DNA of 64,000 nt. Origin: Candidatus Sumerlaeaceae bacterium (GTDB lineage Bacteria > Sumerlaeota > Sumerlaeia > Sumerlaeales > Sumerlaeaceae). Below, piece by piece: positions 59,730 to 64,000 of the stretch (positions are counted from its first letter, which is position 1; every line of letters starts with the position of its first letter). The position numbers and the translations under genes are program-made. Below the pieces are notes generated by a model, which did not search any database, was not told the DNA's origin, and saw nothing but the letters and a program-made list of their open reading frames with translations. Where the stretch lies: contig JBPCLP010000024.1 of NCBI GenBank assembly GCA_051003195.1, forward strand, positions 1 to 64,000, read 5' to 3'.

Positions 59730-60548
59730 TCAAGCGGTCGGCTTAGTTGCCCACACGTTATGATTCATTGCCGGGCCAAACAAGAGTGGGTGCGCAAAGG
59801 CGTGCCCCTTCCATTTGCTGTTTTCGAAAAATCGAATGCTTACCAGGTTGAGATTGTCCAGGTGCGCCCCCAATTCATCCTGCGAAAGGTGCTCTTCTAT
59901 TGGAACATACATTGCATCCAGGATGGAAAGGCGCGGTTTACGCATCATGCCGGTTGTTTTAACCAGCCAGGCCGCGAGGTTATACGGCACCACCTTGCCC
60001 AGCCCCCTGTAAGTCAAACGCACCGCTTCGCCAACCAGCCCGTACTTTCCATACATCATCACAAACAGCGTTCCCCCAGGCCTAAGTACGCGCGCCATCT
60101 CAGCAATGCCAAGTTTCCAGTCGATTGTATGGTGCATCACGCCATATGAATGAACATAATCGAATGATCGGTCGGCGAATGGCAACTTCAGGACATTACC
60201 CTGCACCTGCAGCGTCTGGGAATTATACGCCTCTAACCGCGCTTTGAGCCTTGTTGCCCATTCACGATTCAGATCGACTCCAACCACACGTGCTGCCTCG
60301 CCCCTGGCAAAAAGCTCAGTCGCCCACCCGGTACCGCCGAATCCGCAGTCGAGCACCTGCTTGCCTTTAAAAAAACTCTTTTCGATGCCCAGTGTCGATT
60401 CGTAAACCCTGATCGAATTTTCGATGTCTTCAAAAGGATGGATGTCTTCATACAGCTTCGAAGTTGCAGCTTCGATCCCGCTCGGGTTGCTGTGCGATTG
60501 ACGCCCCTTAATCCCCAATTCGCTCAAGCTTCCATCGAGTTGATTCAA
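59730..60548 (-). CDS. Class I SAM-dependent methyltransferase
   Basis: VLDCGFG, LPFADRSFDYV, GVMHHT, RVLRPGG; start uncertain. Confidence 0.88.
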   Translation of the reverse strand: MNQLDGSLSELGIKGRQSHSNPSGIEAATSKLYEDIHPFEDIENSIRVYESTLGIEKSFFKGKQVLDCGFGGTGWATELFARGEAARVVGVDLNREWATRLKARLEAYNSQTLQVQGNVLKLPFADRSFDYVHSYGVMHHTIDWKLGIAEMARVLRPGGTLFVMMYGKYGLVGEAVRLTYRGLGKVVPYNLAAWLVKTTGMMRKPRLSILDAMYVPIEEHLSQDELGAHLDNLNLVSIRFFENSKWKGHAFAHPLLFGPAMNHNVWATKPTA

Positions 60549-62808
60549 ACTCGTTTGTCATGTCGTCAGGATTCTCGACCTCAACCTGGGCGCGCGTAAA
60601 CGAATCGTAGTATATACGCATCTCGTTCATGCCACCGGCCAGTCTAACTTCGCGCGACAACGGGCTGAACTTATTGTTCTTTTGATCAAACCACATTTTC
60701 TCCGGTTCGGGCGCCCTGGAAAAGAATATGCGCACGCCCAACGGCCCCGGCACGTCATTCTTTGCCTCCAGTGTAAAGCGGTAGAGGCCGGGGGCATCCA
60801 GAAAATACCGGTATTTCAGAACGCCATTGTACTGCATGTAGATTGTCGGCTGGCCGTCGTGAAGTCTGAACTTGATCAGACTGCCCACGGGATCAATTGC
60901 CGAGAAATCTTTAGTACAGTACCATTCGCCGGCGTTAAGGCGGGGATAAAACGCGAGAGATGCCGTCGAGGATCCTGCGGCGTAGGTAACTGTACTACGG
61001 TACACCCCAGGCGGAAAACTCAGAACGGCAGCGGAGGTTTCCGAGTCCAGCGTCGCACGCAAAGAGAGCGGCCCTGTTACCATGACATCGCCTGTCACCA
61101 GGTAACGGTCGCCTCCCAGGGCTGCCATTATCGGCTGACCAATGACCTGGTTTTGAACTAGTTTTCCGGCAGGTGCAGGTTCGTGCGCCCCAATGAATAT
61201 GACACTACCCCCATAGAAGTTGAACCACTGGCCTTCAGTCACAAACAATTGGAGCAGTTCTTTAGGTATGCTGTAAGGTTGCGTTACAATGTGCCATGCA
61301 CTTGTTCCCGCGTTTAGAACCGACTCAACCTCTTCCCGCGTGTTCAGGAATTGAACCTTTCGGTTGGGGCTGATCTGTTCATGGTAGAACATGAAATGTA
61401 ATCGTTCCCATGTATCGGGAACCGTACTGACCACGATAGCATCCTGCGGGCGCGCGGTCCGATTGACAAACTCCGCCATCCCACGCCAGTCAGCCTGGTT
61501 AGTTTCATTGCGAATCCCCCGGGCATCATACCGTGGATACTCATAGCCCCAAAATCCAGCCATAACAGCAAACAGTCCGATACTCAATAGCTGTCCCACG
61601 CGCTGCAGCGGCACGTTCGTGGGCATCCATCGCCGCGCCAGTGCCGCCGGAAATCCAATTCCCTGCGCAAGTGCGAACAGGAACAGCGGAAGGTGGATGA
61701 TGTTTCTCCGCGGCTCGTATGGAAACTTCATCAGCTCGTAAAACCCAAGGCTCATGGCAAGGCTGATGACACCCCACGCAACCAGGCAGGCAAAAACCCT
61801 CGGCCGCACCAACGCAAGCCGGAGCAACCCAGCGCCCGCTAAATAAAGTATAAACTGAAAAAAACCGGGCGGTATCGTACCAAGCCGCCATGCCGAGAAT
61901 GAGTAGAGCAAGTCCGACAAGTAATTAGAGCGGTCCTTGATGCTCTGGAACAAGAAAAGATTAACCGCAGCGTTGTCTCCTCCACCAAAGCGCGCGGATT
62001 GAAAACGCACCATCTTAAGTCCCCACACCAGCATCGGCGAAAAAACGACGCCAAGCACCACGGGCATCAGCAGCACCGGCAACCACGGTAGCCGACGCGA
62101 CTCATCACGCCGGACTACCCACGTGTACGCGAAAAGCACGATATAACCAGCCGCCAGCACAAACCCGCCGAAGTAGTGCGTGTACAGCAACAAAACGGCA
62201 CTCGTGTAAAGATAAGCGCCACGCCGACGCGACCAGCCCTGCATCGTCGCAATTAGAGCATCACAAAAGAGAAGCGTGGTACACAACAGCATGGAGTAAG
62301 GCCGGTATTCCTGGCTGTACTGGATTGCGAACGTGCATAGCGCCATCAGCGCGGCGCCCGCAACTGCTTCCCAGTTTCCGTTCAGTCGACGAAAAAGTAG
62401 ATAGGTGTACGGTATGGCGATAACGCCAAAAAGCAGGCTGAACAACCGGATCCGAAGGTGATCGTGGCTGGCACTTCCATGCGTGTTCAGAAAGGACAAT
62501 ATATAATATGTTGGCGGGTCGGACATTAACCGGCCTTCCCACCAGATGTCGATTACCTCACTCAGCGTGTGCGGCTCATTGGCCACCTGGTAGGTGTGAA
62601 CTTCATCGCCCCAGAACTGCCGTACATCCGAATGTCGCACCCGCAGCGTTGCCCCTACCGCGGTAATCACTATCAGCAGCACATACGTCAACCGAAGCCG
62701 CGCATACCAGCGTCCTGGTCGTGCTATGGTGCATTCGGGTGCCGGTGAACTCACGGGCACGTCCTCGTGATCGGAGGCGTGATCCGGAGCCTCAATTTCG
62801 CCATACAC
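60508..62808 (-). CDS. GT-C fold membrane glycosyltransferase (PMT/GT39/ArnT-like) with extracytoplasmic C-terminal domain
   Basis: LR...FWGDE, PPTYY, RLFSLLFG, YSQEYRPYS, YTHY; many TM helices. Confidence 0.8.
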   Translation of the reverse strand: MYGEIEAPDHASDHEDVPVSSPAPECTIARPGRWYARLRLTYVLLIVITAVGATLRVRHSDVRQFWGDEVHTYQVANEPHTLSEVIDIWWEGRLMSDPPTYYILSFLNTHGSASHDHLRIRLFSLLFGVIAIPYTYLLFRRLNGNWEAVAGAALMALCTFAIQYSQEYRPYSMLLCTTLLFCDALIATMQGWSRRRGAYLYTSAVLLLYTHYFGGFVLAAGYIVLFAYTWVVRRDESRRLPWLPVLLMPVVLGVVFSPMLVWGLKMVRFQSARFGGGDNAAVNLFLFQSIKDRSNYLSDLLYSFSAWRLGTIPPGFFQFILYLAGAGLLRLALVRPRVFACLVAWGVISLAMSLGFYELMKFPYEPRRNIIHLPLFLFALAQGIGFPAALARRWMPTNVPLQRVGQLLSIGLFAVMAGFWGYEYPRYDARGIRNETNQADWRGMAEFVNRTARPQDAIVVSTVPDTWERLHFMFYHEQISPNRKVQFLNTREEVESVLNAGTSAWHIVTQPYSIPKELLQLFVTEGQWFNFYGGSVIFIGAHEPAPAGKLVQNQVIGQPIMAALGGDRYLVTGDVMVTGPLSLRATLDSETSAAVLSFPPGVYRSTVTYAAGSSTASLAFYPRLNAGEWYCTKDFSAIDPVGSLIKFRLHDGQPTIYMQYNGVLKYRYFLDAPGLYRFTLEAKNDVPGPLGVRIFFSRAPEPEKMWFDQKNNKFSPLSREVRLAGGMNEMRIYYDSFTRAQVEVENPDDMTNEFESTRWKLERIGD

Positions 62809-62865
62809 GACCTCCTTACGTTGCGCCCACGTCTTCCGCAGCTTCCTGGTTATCCTCGAACTCGC

Positions 62866-63738
62866 TCATTTACGAGCGTACACGAACATACGGTAACTGC
62901 GATTGAGCGGTTGCGCGACTTTATCGATTGCGTCGGAACCTGAAATCATCAATTTCGAAATGGGAACGGTATGCCATCGGCTTACATTAGCAGCCCCGAA
63001 CATGATCTCTTCAACCGCAAAAGGTCCACCGCGGCGCAACACTTCCGTTATGGTCTTCGGAGAGAAAAAGAAGTTGTGATGAATGTCGTAAAATAACTCC
63101 ATCAGGTGCTTCCACCGGTTCATCGTTACCCGGTACATCAGATGACCAACCGTGTTAAGCAGACTCTGCTGGTTGATCGTGAAAACGAAGATCACACCGT
63201 TCGGTGCGAGAATCCTGTGAATCTCCTTCAGGGTACGAACCGGGTCATCCAGGTGTTCGATCACGTCCCACAGCGTTACCGCATCAAAAGACGCATCCGG
63301 AAACTTGGCCTCTTCAATCATCCCATTGAATACATCGAACCCCCGTTGCTCGCGCGCGAACTTCGCGGTCGACGTGTTTAGTTCCACTCCCATCACCTGC
63401 CATCCAGCGTAGCGCGCCATTTCCATGAATGCGCCATACGAACACCCCACGTCCAGCAACCTGCCGGGCTTCACCAGCTCGTTCAGTTTAGCCAATCCGC
63501 GCGCGTACGTTGGCATCGGCTCTTTATTTGGGTCGGATGCCAGCTTATTGGTCAGGTAAAACGGCGTTTCCATCGTGGCGTCGTTCTGGTAAAGGCGCTC
63601 ATAATCGTCGCCCGTAATTACCGACTGGCGATACACCACTCCGCAATCAAGGCACCGCACAATCGCGCCAGTGGAAATCTCACAAATGAGATCACTTGCA
63701 CTGTTACCGCAGACATAACACGCTGCGATTGTGCTCAA
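62866..63738 (-). CDS. Class I SAM methyltransferase with N-terminal zinc ribbon
   Basis: CYVC..CLDC; LLDVGCSYG; FDAVTLWDVIEH; start placed at TTG 63738. Confidence 0.88.
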   Translation of the reverse strand: MSTIAACYVCGNSASDLICEISTGAIVRCLDCGVVYRQSVITGDDYERLYQNDATMETPFYLTNKLASDPNKEPMPTYARGLAKLNELVKPGRLLDVGCSYGAFMEMARYAGWQVMGVELNTSTAKFAREQRGFDVFNGMIEEAKFPDASFDAVTLWDVIEHLDDPVRTLKEIHRILAPNGVIFVFTINQQSLLNTVGHLMYRVTMNRWKHLMELFYDIHHNFFFSPKTITEVLRRGGPFAVEEIMFGAANVSRWHTVPISKLMISGSDAIDKVAQPLNRSYRMFVYARK

Positions 63739-64000
63739 GCGGCGCCCGCCTCCGGCCTCTCGCGATGGCCTTTCTTCCACACCAGGTAGCTGCCAAGAAT
63801 CAGGTAATCGATCTCGGACCGAACCAGCGTTGAGATCGCATCGGCCGGCGTACCGACAATCGGCTCTCCATGCAGGTTAAAACTCGTGTTCATCACACCG
63901 CCAATGCCTGTCCGCTTCTCGAATGCCTTCACCAGCGCGTACCAACCGGGGTTCTCCAGCTCTGATATAAACTGCGGCCGGCACGTTAGGTCGAAGGGAT
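63735..64000 (-). CDS. Carbamoyltransferase (NodU/CmcH family), C-terminal fragment truncated by the window edge
   Basis: D.TCRPQ...NP..Y.LVKAF...TG...MNTSFNLHGEPIV. Confidence 0.88.
   Translation of the reverse strand, partial: PFDLTCRPQFISELENPGWYALVKAFEKRTGIGGVMNTSFNLHGEPIVGTPADAISTLVRSEIDYLILGSYLVWKKGHRERPEAGAA

Noticed and set aside
59536..59733. 65-aa Cys-rich ORF after the methyltransferase
   Set aside because: It has a TTGA overlap but no motif or convincing composition, so it cannot be supported.

Overview
A gene-dense, moderately GC-rich bacterial chromosomal segment. The gene content and intergenic repeat types suggest a diderm, PVC-like or candidate-phylum organism (for example Sumerlaeota/BRC1); this is inference only. 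It holds about 50 CDS and 2 tRNAs (Thr-TGT, Leu-CAG). Housekeeping and metabolic genes include xylA, gmd, prmC, sppA, glgA, fmt, rnhB, uppP, nrdR and groES/groEL. I found no transposase, integrase, rRNA or CRISPR array. The most unusual locus is a pilus-motor module at 14.6-22.4 kb. It encodes a PilB/GspE-family ATPase fused to a signal peptide, a periplasmic TPR-like domain, a transmembrane helix and a zinc ribbon, so it looks like a receptor-type membrane-spanning ATPase. This gene converges on two PilT paralogues (one with a degenerate MshEN-like N-terminus) and a membrane-anchored peptidoglycan-binding protein. Other notable items: an archaeal/eukaryotic-type (CDKAL1/e-MtaB) tRNA methylthiotransferase, a coupled pair of dynamin-like GTPases, a type III PKS-methyltransferase-FAD oxidoreductase cluster, a PorU-like C25 peptidase lacking a T9SS C-terminal domain, tandem NrdR-like boxes over the nrdR start, the end of a glycan-modification cluster, and several structured intergenic repeats. 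All product calls come from motif recognition by eye; no database searches were run.
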